From positions 418,634 through 482,633 of the forward strand of contig OW818697.1 of NCBI GenBank assembly GCA_942493365.1: a stretch of DNA of 64,000 nucleotides, read 5' to 3'. Under the pieces are notes generated by a model, which was not told the DNA's origin, ran no database searches, and saw only the letters and a list, made by a program, of their open reading frames with translations. This DNA comes from an uncultured Clostridiaceae bacterium. Lineage in GTDB: Bacteria; Bacillota; Clostridia; Saccharofermentanales; UBA5734. Positions 9,535 through 19,468 of this stretch are shown here, piece after piece (within the stretch, counting starts at the first letter, position 1; every line of letters begins with the position of its first letter). Both the position numbers and the translations under genes were made by a program.

Positions 9535-9621
9535 ACCCTGAAACCAGTTGACTACGGGAGTGTCCCGTTGAAAAATGATCCCTAGCCAAAAATTATCGAT
9601 TATTTTAAGGAGGAAACGATC

Positions 9622-9975
9622 ATGATCAAACGTGAACTCAAAGAATGCAAGCCCTACGACCCGCCCAAGCACTTCAAAATGTGCGCCATTCGTCTGCAAG
9701 GCAAAGAAGAATCCGGCGCCGAAAAATTCTGGATGGGCATGTCGCACTTCCTGCCCGGCGGCGGCGCGGAGTATGACTACGAAGTCAGTCCGACCGAAAA
9801 GATCTATTTCGTCAAATCTGGCGAGGTGACCGTTTACACCAAGGACGACGCCGAAAAGATCGTGCTGCGCGAAAACGATTCTCTGTTCATCGGACCCAAT
9901 CAGGGACGCAGACTGATCAACGAATCCAATCTGCCGGCAACCGTCCTGGTCGTCGTCAATTACCCCAACACCTGA
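9622..9975 (+). CDS. cupin domain protein
   Basis: The 117-aa product has a 'G.E..H.H...E..Y...G'-like beta-barrel pattern ('PGGGAEYDYEVSPTEKIYFVKSGEV'). A strong AAGGAGG ribosome-binding site lies upstream. Confidence 0.6.
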   Translation: MIKRELKECKPYDPPKHFKMCAIRLQGKEESGAEKFWMGMSHFLPGGGAEYDYEVSPTEKIYFVKSGEVTVYTKDDAEKIVLRENDSLFIGPNQGRRLINESNLPATVLVVVNYPNT

Positions 9976-9994
9976 TCACAGGAGGATAAGAAAA

Positions 9995-10783
9995 ATGGTA
10001 GATGTCAAAAAAGAAACTGTGCAAAACATGTTTGGACTGGCCGGCAAAGTGGCGCTGGTCACCGGCGCATCCGGTGCGCTGGGCAGCGCAATCGCCAAAG
10101 GCTACGGCTTCCAGGGCGTCAAGGTCATGATGACCGCCCGCAACGAAGCCAAGATGAAGGAGCTCTACGATGAGTTCACCGCCGAAGGCATCGAGTGCGC
10201 CTACGTCGCCGGCGACCCGGCTGTCGAAGAAGATGTCAAGCGCATCGTCGAAGCCACCGTCGCCAAGTACGGCGAAATCAATATTCTCTGCACCGCGGCC
10301 GGCCTCAGCAAGCCCGGCTCGATCCTCAAGCAGTCGACGGAAGAATGGCAGTCCATGCAGGATGCCAACGTCCGCGGCACGTATCTGATGACCAAATACA
10401 CCGCTTTTGAAATGGTCAAACAAGGCAAAGGCGGCAAGATGGTCCTGGTTTCTTCGGCCCGCTCCAAGCGCGGCATGAAGGGGTACACCGGCTACAGCCC
10501 CTCCAAGGCTGCCGTTGATCTGCTGGCCCAGTCCCTGGCCTGTGACCTCGGCGAATACCACATCAACGTCAACACCTTCAACCCGACCGTGTTCCGATCC
10601 GACCTGACCGAGTGGATGTTCCATGACGACAACGTCTATCAGAACTTCCTCAAGCGCCTGCCGATCGGCCGCTTGGGAGAGCCCAACGATTTCGTCGGCA
10701 TCGCATCTTTCCTGGCCTCAGACGCAGCCAACTTCATCACCGCGGCCAACATCGCGGCTGATGGCGGATATTGGGGGAATTAA
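9995..10783 (+). CDS. SDR family oxidoreductase
   Basis: It has the 'VALVTGASGALG' Rossmann motif, 'NILCTAAG' and the catalytic 'YSPSKAAV' (YxxxK). Confidence 0.85.
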   Translation: MVDVKKETVQNMFGLAGKVALVTGASGALGSAIAKGYGFQGVKVMMTARNEAKMKELYDEFTAEGIECAYVAGDPAVEEDVKRIVEATVAKYGEINILCTAAGLSKPGSILKQSTEEWQSMQDANVRGTYLMTKYTAFEMVKQGKGGKMVLVSSARSKRGMKGYTGYSPSKAAVDLLAQSLACDLGEYHINVNTFNPTVFRSDLTEWMFHDDNVYQNFLKRLPIGRLGEPNDFVGIASFLASDAANFITAANIAADGGYWGN

Positions 10784-10785
10784 GC

Positions 10786-11718
10786 ATGAAAACGATCAAG
10801 AACGTCACCATTATCGGCAACGGCCTGATGGGCTGCGGCTGCGCCCTGGTGTTTGCCAGAAATCCTGAGTTTGATGTCACCATCAAATACCGTTCCGGCA
10901 CCGCGGACATGATCTATGACAAAATCCGCGGCTTCCTGGTTCCGCTGGTCAACAAGGGTGTCTACACCCAAGATGAAGCCGACACCATCGTTGGCCGCGT
11001 CAAGACCGAGACTGATCTGGCCGCGTCGGTCAAAGACGCCGACCTGGTTATGGAGTGCATTGCAGAGAACATGACCCTCAAACAGGACCAGTTCGCTGCG
11101 CTAGAACCGCTGACCCGCCCGGACACTATTTATGCGACCAACACCTCGGTCATGAGCATCACGGCCATTGCCTCTAAGACGGTCAAAAAGGATCGCGTTG
11201 TCGGAACCCACTTCTGGAATCCGCCCTATCTGATTCCGCTGGTTGAAGTCGTCAAGGCTTTCGAGACCTCCGACGAAACCATGGATCTGACCCTCGACGC
11301 TCTGCTGCGCGCCGGCAAAAAAGCTGTTCGCTGCAACAAAGACGTACCGGGATTCATCGCCAATCGTATGCAGCACGCCCTCTGGCGCGAAGCCATTTCC
11401 ATCGTCGCACACGGCATCGCCGATGCCGCCACGGTCGACGAAGCCGTTCGCAACAGTTTTGGCCTGCGCTTGCCGGTCCTTGGCCCGATGGAGAATTCGG
11501 ACATGGTCGGCACCGACCTAACCCTCTCCATCCACGAATACATGCTGCAGCACCTCGAAAATGATCCGACCCCCTCGCCGCTGCTCTTAGAAAAAGTCGC
11601 CGCCGGCGATCTCGGCTTCAAGAGCGGCAAAGGCTTCCAGGAGTGGGACGCGGATTCGATTGCTGCCTCACGCCGCAAGCTGAGCGAACATCTGATCAAA
11701 ATGCTGTATAACAAATAA
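10786..11718 (+). CDS. 3-hydroxyacyl-CoA dehydrogenase family protein
   Basis: It has 'VTIIGNGLMGCG', 'TNTSVMSIT', 'HFWNPPYLIPLVEV' and 'DVPGFIANR', the Hbd/HADH signature blocks. The ORF opens at a TTG at 10771, but the ATG at 10786 follows GGGGGA. Confidence 0.85.
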   Translation: MKTIKNVTIIGNGLMGCGCALVFARNPEFDVTIKYRSGTADMIYDKIRGFLVPLVNKGVYTQDEADTIVGRVKTETDLAASVKDADLVMECIAENMTLKQDQFAALEPLTRPDTIYATNTSVMSITAIASKTVKKDRVVGTHFWNPPYLIPLVEVVKAFETSDETMDLTLDALLRAGKKAVRCNKDVPGFIANRMQHALWREAISIVAHGIADAATVDEAVRNSFGLRLPVLGPMENSDMVGTDLTLSIHEYMLQHLENDPTPSPLLLEKVAAGDLGFKSGKGFQEWDADSIAASRRKLSEHLIKMLYNK

Positions 11719-11750
11719 TCAGTCGAAACTTTTCAGGAGGAACTATAATC

Positions 11751-12701
11751 ATGGGCAAAAAAGTATTTGTTGACCTAACCCACCCCTTCAGCGCGGAGAT
11801 CCCCCGCTGGCCCTATTTTGACAAACCGATCATCGACAGTGCGCACACCATGGCCAAAGGTGGCGTACTGACCCAGAAAATCACCTGCACCATGCACACT
11901 GGCACCCACTGCGATGCCCCCCGACACGTCATGGAAAAAGAATTTGACGGCCGCAGAGCCCGCTACACTCACGAAATGGCTGTCGATGCCTACACCGGCG
12001 ATGCCGTCTGCCTGCCGATCGAAATCGGGCGCTGGGGTCTGATCGGTCCTGAGCACCTCGAAGCGGCCTGCAAAAAAGTCGGCATTAAGCCGAGCGAACT
12101 GGAAGGCATGATCGTATGCCTGAACACCGGTATGCACCGCCAGTTTGACGACTCCAAAGATTATTACCACTATTCATGCGGTACCGGCATCGAAGCCGGA
12201 CGTTGGTTTCTCAAGCACAAGGTCAAGTGCGTCGCGGTCGACTCGCAGGCGCTGGATCATCCGCTGCACACTGCCATGGGCAATAACGGCATGACCCGTA
12301 TGAACCTGATCGGCGCCACCGGCCGGACAATCTGCGAAGAATACATCGAGCAGTTCGGCATCGAAGCCTACGCTGAATTCGACCGTGAGACCTACATCAA
12401 AGTTCATGGTCAGGCCGCATATGACAAAAAATTCGGCGATCTGGAAGCCATCGGCTGCTGGGGCACCTGGGAACCCATGCACAAGCTGCTGCTGGGCAAT
12501 GGTATCGTTGGCGTCGAAAATCTGGGCGGTGATCTGGACAAGGTATCCGGCAAACGTTTCCGCTTCAATTGTTTCCCGCTGCGCTGGTATCTCGGCGACG
12601 GCTCCATGGCGCGTTGCGTTGCTGAAATCGACGAGGATGACCTGAATGATGTCCCAGACAGAAAGTACAAATATGGCGGTTTCGGACCCAACGAAGACTA
12701 A
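11751..12701 (+). CDS. cyclase family protein (kynurenine-formamidase-like metal hydrolase fold)
   Basis: '[11 protein letters not shown]' matches the HxGTHxDxPxH motif of the putative cyclase family. Confidence 0.75.
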   Translation: MGKKVFVDLTHPFSAEIPRWPYFDKPIIDSAHTMAKGGVLTQKITCTMHTGTHCDAPRHVMEKEFDGRRARYTHEMAVDAYTGDAVCLPIEIGRWGLIGPEHLEAACKKVGIKPSELEGMIVCLNTGMHRQFDDSKDYYHYSCGTGIEAGRWFLKHKVKCVAVDSQALDHPLHTAMGNNGMTRMNLIGATGRTICEEYIEQFGIEAYAEFDRETYIKVHGQAAYDKKFGDLEAIGCWGTWEPMHKLLLGNGIVGVENLGGDLDKVSGKRFRFNCFPLRWYLGDGSMARCVAEIDEDDLNDVPDRKYKYGGFGPNED

Positions 12702-12714
12702 AGGAGATTTCACA

Positions 12715-13896
12715 ATGAAAGAAGTTGTCATCGTTTCGGCGGCACGTACGCCGATCGGTTGCTTCGGCGGATCCCTTGCAGCATTCAGCGCTGTTGAACT
12801 CGGCGCGCAAACAGCCATTGAGGTCATCAAACGTGCCGGCATTGCGCCGGAAGCGATTGACGAAGTCGTTCTCGGCGGTGTCCTGACTGCCGCGCAAGGC
12901 CAAAATATCGCTCGCCAGGTGGCGATCAAGGCCGGCTTGCCGGATACCACGCCCGCCATGACCTTGAACATCGTCTGCGGCTCCGGCCTGCGCGCAATCA
13001 GCCTGGCTGCCCAGATGATCAGGTCCGGCGAAGCCGAGGTTATCCTGGCTGGCGGCATGGAAAGCATGACCAACGCGGTCTACGCCCTGAAAAAGGCACG
13101 TTACGGCTATCGCATGGGCAATGACCAGATTATCGACACCATGGTCAACGATGGTTTGTGGGATGCCTTCAACGACTACCACATGGGCACAACGGCGGAA
13201 AACATTGCCGAAGAGTGGCAGATCACTCGCGAAGAACAAGACGCTTTCGCCGCCACCAGCCAGCAGCGGGCTGTCGCGGCCATCGAAGCCGGTTACTTCA
13301 AAGACGAGATCATGCCGGTCCCGATTCCGCAGAAAAAGGGCGATCCTGTGATGTTCGACACCGACGAATATCCCCGCGCCGGCACCACAGCCGAAACCCT
13401 GTCCAAACTCAAACCCGCCTTCAAAAAAGACGGCACCGTGACCGCCGGCAATGCGTCCGGCATTAACGACGGCGCCGCCATGCTGATCGTCATGTCCCGC
13501 GAAAAGGCCGATGCACTCGGCCTCAAGTCGATGGCTAAAATTGTCGGCATCGGCACCGGTGGCGTTGATCCCAGGATAATGGGCTACGGGCCGGTTCCCG
13601 CAACGAAAAAAGCCCTGGCTATGGCCGGTCTGACCGTCAAGGACCTGGACCTGATCGAAGCTAATGAAGCTTTCGCGGCTCAGTCAATCGCAGTTGCCCG
13701 CGACCTCGGCCTCGATCTGGCTAAAACCAATGTCTCCGGCGGTGCCATCGCACTCGGCCATCCGATTGGCGCGTCCGGCGCTCGCATTGCCACCACCCTG
13801 CTCTATGGCATGCAACGAACCAAGTCTCGTTATGGCCTGGCCACGCTGTGCATCGGCGGCGGCATGGGCACCGCCATCATCTTCGAACGAGTCTAA
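12715..13896 (+). CDS. acetyl-CoA C-acetyltransferase (thiolase II)
   Basis: It starts '[15 protein letters not shown]' and carries '[10 protein letters not shown]' (active-site Cys), '[10 protein letters not shown]' and 'CIGGGMG'. The ATG at 12715 follows AAGGAG; the longer ORF from 12646 overlaps the upstream gene. Confidence 0.92.
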   Translation: MKEVVIVSAARTPIGCFGGSLAAFSAVELGAQTAIEVIKRAGIAPEAIDEVVLGGVLTAAQGQNIARQVAIKAGLPDTTPAMTLNIVCGSGLRAISLAAQMIRSGEAEVILAGGMESMTNAVYALKKARYGYRMGNDQIIDTMVNDGLWDAFNDYHMGTTAENIAEEWQITREEQDAFAATSQQRAVAAIEAGYFKDEIMPVPIPQKKGDPVMFDTDEYPRAGTTAETLSKLKPAFKKDGTVTAGNASGINDGAAMLIVMSREKADALGLKSMAKIVGIGTGGVDPRIMGYGPVPATKKALAMAGLTVKDLDLIEANEAFAAQSIAVARDLGLDLAKTNVSGGAIALGHPIGASGARIATTLLYGMQRTKSRYGLATLCIGGGMGTAIIFERV

Positions 13897-13926
13897 AGAC
13901 TCAAAAACAGAAAGGAAGTATCCAAA

Positions 13927-14769
13927 ATGGTAGATCTGACAAACAAAGTTATCCTGACCGTTGCCCCGACCGGCGCCTGGCCCCAAAAAACCGATACACC
14001 GTACATTCCGACCCAACCGCGCGAAATCGCTGACGAGGTCATCGCCTGCGCCAAAGCCGGCGCCTCAATCGCCCACATTCATGTCCGCGACGACAACGAC
14101 AAATCATCGATGGATTACAACAAATTCACCGAAACCGTCAAGTACATTCGCGAAGCCAAATGCGACATCGTGCTTAACCTGACTACTTCTGGCAAGCTGG
14201 GACTTCAGGGCGCCGAGCGCTATCAGCACGTCATCGATCTCAAGCCTGAAATGTGCTCCTATGACTGCGGCTCCATGAACTGGATGCACAGCTCGGTCTT
14301 TGAAAACAGCCCGCCCTTCCTCGAGGAACTCGGTACAGTTCTGATCGAAAACAATGTCAAACCGGAAATCGAAATCTTTGACGGCGGCATGATTTACAAT
14401 GCTCAATATTACCTGAAAAAGGGCTTTCTCAAAGGCCCTCTGCACTACCAATTTGTTTTGGGCGCAGCTGGCGGTATGGACGCCACCGTCGAAAACCTGG
14501 TCTTTCTCAAGAGCCTGATCCCGCCTGGATCCACTTGGAGCGCCATGGGTATCGGCAAGGGCCATATGCCGATTCTTTATACTGCGCTGGCCATGGGCGG
14601 CCACATCCGCGTCGGTATGGAAGACAACATCGTCTACAGCAAGGGCGTTCTGGCCACCTCCAACATGCAGTTCGTTGAGCGCAGCAAGCGCATCATCCAT
14701 GAGTTCAACAAGCAAGTTGCCACGCCGGACGAAGCTCGTATGATCCTCGGTCTGATCCCCAACGTTTAA
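13927..14769 (+). CDS. BKACE family beta-keto acid cleavage enzyme (DUF849; 3-keto-5-aminohexanoate cleavage enzyme-like)
   Basis: The 280-aa product has 'ILTVAPTGAW...PYIP..P.EIA.E...C..AGASI.HIHVRD', which is characteristic of Kce/BKACE TIM-barrel enzymes. Confidence 0.85.
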   Translation: MVDLTNKVILTVAPTGAWPQKTDTPYIPTQPREIADEVIACAKAGASIAHIHVRDDNDKSSMDYNKFTETVKYIREAKCDIVLNLTTSGKLGLQGAERYQHVIDLKPEMCSYDCGSMNWMHSSVFENSPPFLEELGTVLIENNVKPEIEIFDGGMIYNAQYYLKKGFLKGPLHYQFVLGAAGGMDATVENLVFLKSLIPPGSTWSAMGIGKGHMPILYTALAMGGHIRVGMEDNIVYSKGVLATSNMQFVERSKRIIHEFNKQVATPDEARMILGLIPNV

Positions 14770-14795
14770 TCACGGCCTGACATCTGACACCAAAA

Positions 14796-14833
14796 GGGCC
14801 AATGACCTGGCAATTCAGGCCGTTGGCCCTTTT
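14796..14833 (+). terminator. rho-independent terminator after the BKACE gene
   Basis: GGGCCAA (14796-14802) pairs with TTGGCCC (14823-14829), with an inner CCTG/CAGG pairing. A TTTT run follows. Confidence 0.6.
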
Positions 14834-14852
14834 CGCGGAGTAGCGGCAATTT

Positions 14853-14861
14853 TGCTATAAT
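14853..14861 (+). promoter_or_regulatory. extended -10 promoter element (TGcTATAAT) upstream of acpS-pta
   Basis: TGCTATAAT lies at 14853-14861, directly after the terminator. No good -35 element is present. Confidence 0.4.
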
Positions 14862-14906
14862 AGTTGCAGAGGCTAGAGCCAATCCATGAGGAGGCAACGA
14901 GCAATC

Positions 14907-15293
14907 ATGATTACGGGTGTTGGCACCGATATTCTCAAAATTGATCGACTCCGCAACGACCAAGCAAGTCTGACGACTGGCTCGCCGTTCCTGACAAAAA
15001 CATTCACGACCGATGAATTGCATGCAGCCGCAGAGCGCGCCGACCCCACACGCTATCTGGCCACACGATTTGCCGGCAAAGAGGCGGTCTTCAAAGCTCT
15101 AGGCACCGGTGACGGGCTGATTCGTCTCAATGAAATTGAAATCCTTAACGACGACAACGGTCAGCCCAATGTGACATTAAGCGGACGGGCGCGACTGGCC
15201 GCTGATGCGATGAGCGTCACCAATATCCAGATTTCGTTATCCCATGATACCGACTACGCAATTGCCTTTGCAATTATGCAAAACCAGGAATAA
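14907..15293 (+). CDS. acpS: holo-[acyl-carrier-protein] synthase (4'-phosphopantetheinyl transferase)
   Basis: It starts 'MITGVGTDILKIDR' and carries 'FAGKEAVFKALG' and 'ISLSHD', the AcpS hallmarks. An alternative upstream ATG lies at 14886. Confidence 0.78.
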   Translation: MITGVGTDILKIDRLRNDQASLTTGSPFLTKTFTTDELHAAAERADPTRYLATRFAGKEAVFKALGTGDGLIRLNEIEILNDDNGQPNVTLSGRARLAADAMSVTNIQISLSHDTDYAIAFAIMQNQE

Positions 15294-15307
15294 CAGGAGG
15301 AATCCCT

Positions 15308-16303
15308 ATGAGCTCAACCGTCATGGAAAAACTATTTGAAAAGGCCAAGTTGGCCCCCAAACGCATGGTGCTGCCCGAAACCGATGATGACCGCATCCTG
15401 CAGTCGGCCCGTAAAGCCAAAGACATGGGCATTACCCAGCCGATTTTGCTCGGCCAGCCGGACGAACTCAAAGCCCGTGCCGCGACGCTCGGCTTCAACC
15501 TTGACGGCATCGAGCTGATTGACAGTACCGACGACGCAGTCATCGAGCAAATCGCCAACGAATACTTCGCGGTCAAGCAGGATTTCTCAACCAAGGGGCT
15601 GATCCGCAAGATGAAAGATCCGCTTAATATGGCCGCAATCCTTTTGGGTGCCGGCCGCGCCGACTGCATGATGGCCGGTATCAACCACGGCACCGCTGAT
15701 GTTGTCCTGGCCGGACAGATGTACATCGGCCCCAAACCGGGATTCAATACCATTTCCAGCCTGGGCATGATGGACATTCCCGGTTGGGAAGGTTCCGAAG
15801 GCAATCTGCTCGGTTTCTCTGACTCGGCGGTCAACGCCGACCCGGATGCCGGCATGCTGGCCGACATCGCCATCACAACGGCTGACAGCGTTCAACGCAT
15901 CTTTGGCTGGGAGCCACGCGTCGCCCTGCTTTCATTCTCGACCAAAGGCAGCACCGAACATGAGCAGGTTGACAAAGTCCGCGCTGCGCTGGCCATTGCC
16001 CGCGAACGCCGTCCCAATCTCAAAATCGATGGCGAATTCCAGCTGGACGCGGCCATCGTGCCGGCTGTCGCCGCCAAAAAGGTCAAAGAGCCCAGTGATG
16101 TCGCCGGCAAAGCCAACATCATCATCTGGCCCAACCTCTCGGCTGGCAACATCGGCGTCAAGCTGGTCCAGATCTTCGGTCATGCCAACGCTTACGGCCC
16201 GATGCTGCAAGGCTTCGCCAAGTCAATCGGTGACTTTTCCCGCAGCGCCCCGGTCGACGAAATGGTCGGCAACATGGCGATGGTCGCCTTAAATGTTGAA
16301 TAA
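15308..16303 (+). CDS. phosphate acetyl/butyryl-transferase (PTA_PTB family)
   Basis: The 331-aa product has 'VLPE..D.RIL.A' and 'EFQLDAA...A..K...S.VAG.ANI.IWPNL.AGNIGVKL', as in short Pta enzymes. Confidence 0.85.
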   Translation: MSSTVMEKLFEKAKLAPKRMVLPETDDDRILQSARKAKDMGITQPILLGQPDELKARAATLGFNLDGIELIDSTDDAVIEQIANEYFAVKQDFSTKGLIRKMKDPLNMAAILLGAGRADCMMAGINHGTADVVLAGQMYIGPKPGFNTISSLGMMDIPGWEGSEGNLLGFSDSAVNADPDAGMLADIAITTADSVQRIFGWEPRVALLSFSTKGSTEHEQVDKVRAALAIARERRPNLKIDGEFQLDAAIVPAVAAKKVKEPSDVAGKANIIIWPNLSAGNIGVKLVQIFGHANAYGPMLQGFAKSIGDFSRSAPVDEMVGNMAMVALNVE

Positions 16304-19300
16304 TTTCTCGAGACGCCCCGTAGCGAGCATATCATTTTGTGCCAGCAAAATCGTTTCGATTTCGGCAGCAGGCATCGGCTTGTAATAATAGTAGCCCTGA
16401 ACTTCGTCGCAGACCTGATTGGTCAGGAAGTTAAGTTGCGTCTCGGTTTCAACGCCCTCAGCGATAACTTTGAGGTCGAGATTGCGAGCCAGTTGGATGA
16501 TGATTCTGGCGATTGCATCGTCCTTTAAACTTTTGGAGATGCTGTGTACAAACTGCATATCCATCTTGATCCGATCGACAGGCAGAAGTTTCAGGCGATT
16601 AAGAGACGAATACTCAACACCGAAGTCATCAATCGAAATTGTAGTACCGAGAAGTTTCAACTCATTAAGCACCTGGATGATATGATCAGAGCTGTTTACA
16701 GCAACACTTTCAGTAATTTCCAGTTCAAGATATTCTGCGCTGAGTCCGGTTTCGCGGAGAACTTGGCGGACAATATCGACGAGCTTTGGATTCTGAAATT
16801 GAATGACCGAAAGATTAACAGCCATGCGGATAGGGGGAATCCCCATTATTTGCCAAGCAAGATTTTGATGACAAGCCGTCATCAGGACCCATTCGCCGAT
16901 TGGATTGATCAAACCAGTCTGCTCGGCTAATGGAATAAACGTTGCCGGTGAAACCATACCCATTTGCGGGTGATTCCAGCGCAGCAATGCTTCCAGCCCA
17001 ATGATCTGCTTGGTAACGACATTGATCTGCGGCTGATAGTGCAACATAAGCTCGTTATTTTCCAACGCTTTATAAAGACATGTTGTCAACCTGCTTTTGA
17101 CATTCGTCTCTTCTTTGAGGATGGGTGAACATAGCGTGTACTTGTTCTTCCCCTGATTTTTTGATGCATACATTGCCAGATCGGCGCTCTTAATCAGCGT
17201 GGCCGGATCACTGCCATCAATCGGATAAATAGCAATTCCGGTACTGGCGGTCACGAAGAAATCCTGACTCTTGATCGTCAGTGACTTGCCAAGCTCGCGC
17301 ATTAGTTTGTCGGCTATTCGACAGACATCTTCGGCATGCTTTACATTTGTTAGCATGATGAGATATTCATCGCCGCCGAAGCGAGCAACCATATCGTGAG
17401 CACGAACGCTTTCCGTCAAACGACGCGCGACCCTTTGCAGTAATTCATCGCCGCCGTCATGCCCCAGGGAATCGTTGACGGCTTTAAATGAGTCAAGATC
17501 GATAAAAAGCAAACCAATCATGAAGTTATTGTCTTGTGCCAATTTTATTTCACCGGAAAGCTTTTCAACAAAACAAGCTCGGTTGGGCAAATCAGTTAAT
17601 TCATCATAAAAGGCCATACGGTTGATTTCAGTTTCGGCAGAGACTTTGGCCAATGCGTCCCCCAGCGTATTAGCCAGTACCGACAGCATGTCTCGATGGT
17701 CCTCATGCAAAACAAAATTAACTTGAGTTTTTTCAAAGCCAATACATCCAAGCACCTTATCATTGCTGGTGACCGGAACCAAAAGGATGTGATCGTTTTT
17801 GACAAAAAACCAATCCTGCGATTCTGATAACTCAAGGCAATCAATATCAGGTGCCTGAGCAATACCGGATGCGATTCCTTCATGACACCATTCGTGGGTG
17901 TATTTCAGACCGGTGCTATTGTAAGATAGCTGATACAAATATGAACGATCAGCCTGCAAATGTTCTCCGCTTAAATGCAGTAAATCTTGAATTTTTTCAT
18001 CAATATTGCCATGACTGACAGCAACAAAACTTTTGGAAATGTGTGAAATCAAGACCATTTGACTGAGCTGTTCGGCGATGCGGATGCGTCTGCGCGCATT
18101 GATAAAATAAATCACTGACGCAATAGCCAACATAATGGCAAAAAAGAAAAACTGAGAAAGATAATAAACCAAGTCAACAACGAACGGCACATTGAAGACC
18201 GTCACATAAATGCCCATTAATAGCAACGTTAACGACAATGCGGTCAGCATCTTACGGTCATTGCGCGACATGGCAAGCATGATGAAAATAAATGATGCTG
18301 TCCAAACAGCCGGCCCGATATGGTTATAAAAACGAAACAACATGTATACGAGCAAAAAAATGACCAGTACGTTGAAAGTATGCGCTTTCACCGTTTCTTT
18401 GACAAACAAATGACTTGCCATATAAAAGGCATGTCCAAGGCCCAAGAGAACCAGACTGTCTACCAATGTAGCTCCAAAAGACTGATAAGGGAAAAATGAA
18501 AAGAATGACAGATTTATTATTGAGGTAAACATAAGAATCGGGAAATAGAACAGCGATGTTAGTTTGTTGGTATAAAACGAGAGCTCACTTTCGTCCTTAA
18601 ATGCGGCATTTTGCAGGATGATATGTCCCACATAACTCTTTTTTTTCGAATGATGGTCAGAATTTTCAACCAGGTTAGGCTTCATGAAGTGATTTTTTCT
18701 GGCGCAATTATACAGTCCGGCTATCGGCAGTAGAATGAAAATTGAAGATATTTGGGGCGCAGAAATATTTAGAAAATAGGGCAAAACAAGATCGGTTATA
18801 GTTCCCAAGACAAAAGCAGCTAAAAATGCAATCAGGCAGAGCGAGAGAGCCTTCTTTAAAGACCGCTCCACTTTCCTTCGCCAACGGATGACTAAAACAA
18901 CGACAGCGAGGGAATATATCGCATAATACGCGTTAAACAGCCAATCCCACAGCGATGTACCGAACACATATGACCATCCAAATTCGGTCAAAATCAAATT
19001 GTTCAGCGGTTCAGCCAGTGAACTGATAATGGAAAAAGCTGATACAACCAGGACGGAAGGCAGATACAAAAGAGCGACCTGCCACTTGTGCCGCAACAAA
19101 TGGGAGCTTTGTGTTAAATGAATAACGAAATGAAGTAAAAACGCATAAATTGAACCCCAGCCAAGCGCAGAAACACGATGCCAGAAAACGGCTGTTGACA
19201 AATCGGTTGTAGTGTATGTAATTGAAAAACCGAACGACCAAACACAAAGTGACAAACATAGCACAAAGAAAATGCGGTTCACAAATGCCTTTCGATCCGC

Positions 19301-19384
19301 TAGCAGAATATAGACACCAAAGAGCGAGTAGAAAGCAAATGCCGCAAAAAAAACCAAAGAGAGAATCGTTGGCGCGATCATTGC
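16289..19384 (-). CDS. integral-membrane sensory GGDEF-EAL protein (c-di-GMP turnover)
   Basis: About 11 N-terminal hydrophobic helices and a GAF/PAS-like linker precede 'RFGGDEYLIM' (a GGDEF variant with Tyr). The EAL half has 'LEALLRW', 'DDFGVEYSSL' and 'KMDMQFV'. The ATG at 19384 follows GGAGG; the ORF opens at 19429. Confidence 0.85.
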   Translation of the reverse strand, partial: AMIAPTILSLVFFAAFAFYSLFGVYILLADRKAFVNRIFFVLCLSLCVWSFGFSITYTTTDLSTAVFWHRVSALGWGSIYAFLLHFVIHLTQSSHLLRHKWQVALLYLPSVLVVSAFSIISSLAEPLNNLILTEFGWSYVFGTSLWDWLFNAYYAIYSLAVVVLVIRWRRKVERSLKKALSLCLIAFLAAFVLGTITDLVLPYFLNISAPQISSIFILLPIAGLYNCARKNHFMKPNLVENSDHHSKKKSYVGHIILQNAAFKDESELSFYTNKLTSLFYFPILMFTSIINLSFFSFFPYQSFGATLVDSLVLLGLGHAFYMASHLFVKETVKAHTFNVLVIFLLVYMLFRFYNHIGPAVWTASFIFIMLAMSRNDRKMLTALSLTLLLMGIYVTVFNVPFVVDLVYYLSQFFFFAIMLAIASVIYFINARRRIRIAEQLSQMVLISHISKSFVAVSHGNIDEKIQDLLHLSGEHLQADRSYLYQLSYNSTGLKYTHEWCHEGIASGIAQAPDIDCLELSESQDWFFVKNDHILLVPVTSNDKVLGCIGFEKTQVNFVLHEDHRDMLSVLANTLGDALAKVSAETEINRMAFYDELTDLPNRACFVEKLSGEIKLAQDNNFMIGLLFIDLDSFKAVNDSLGHDGGDELLQRVARRLTESVRAHDMVARFGGDEYLIMLTNVKHAEDVCRIADKLMRELGKSLTIKSQDFFVTASTGIAIYPIDGSDPATLIKSADLAMYASKNQGKNKYTLCSPILKEETNVKSRLTTCLYKALENNELMLHYQPQINVVTKQIIGLEALLRWNHPQMGMVSPATFIPLAEQTGLINPIGEWVLMTACHQNLAWQIMGIPPIRMAVNLSVIQFQNPKLVDIVRQVLRETGLSAEYLELEITESVAVNSSDHIIQVLNELKLLGTTISIDDFGVEYSSLNRLKLLPVDRIKMDMQFVHSISKSLKDDAIARIIIQLARNLDLKVIAEGVETETQLNFLTNQVCDEVQGYYYYKPMPAAEIETILLAQNDMLATGRLEKLFNI

Positions 19385-19468
19385 TTTTCCTCCATAACAA
19401 AGTTTTTGATATATTCTATATCGTGACAAAAAGCAGGATTATTACAGCAATATATTCAGATCGCTATT

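Noticed and set aside
9535-9621. A short hairpin, ACGGGA-gtg-TCCCGT, after the NuoF-like gene, considered as a possible terminator.
   Set aside because: It has only a 6-bp stem with a 3-nt loop and no following T run, so it is insufficient to call.
12646-12714. An N-terminal 23-codon extension of the thiolase ORF, and similar extended starts at 7999, 10771, 19429, 27609, 46702 and 55326.
   Set aside because: The extensions overlap upstream genes, lack ribosome-binding sites and add residues absent from the conserved family N-termini. Internal ATGs preceded by GGAGG-like sites were preferred instead. The start calls remain predictions.
16289-16303. A 15-bp overlap of the convergent pta and GGDEF-EAL stop regions, and the 3-nt gap between convergent zwf and the SRAP gene (22887/22891), considered as possible antisense-regulation sites.
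   Set aside because: Tight convergent gene ends without terminators are common in compact genomes. Nothing in the sequence, such as a hairpin or a conserved element, points to a specific mechanism.
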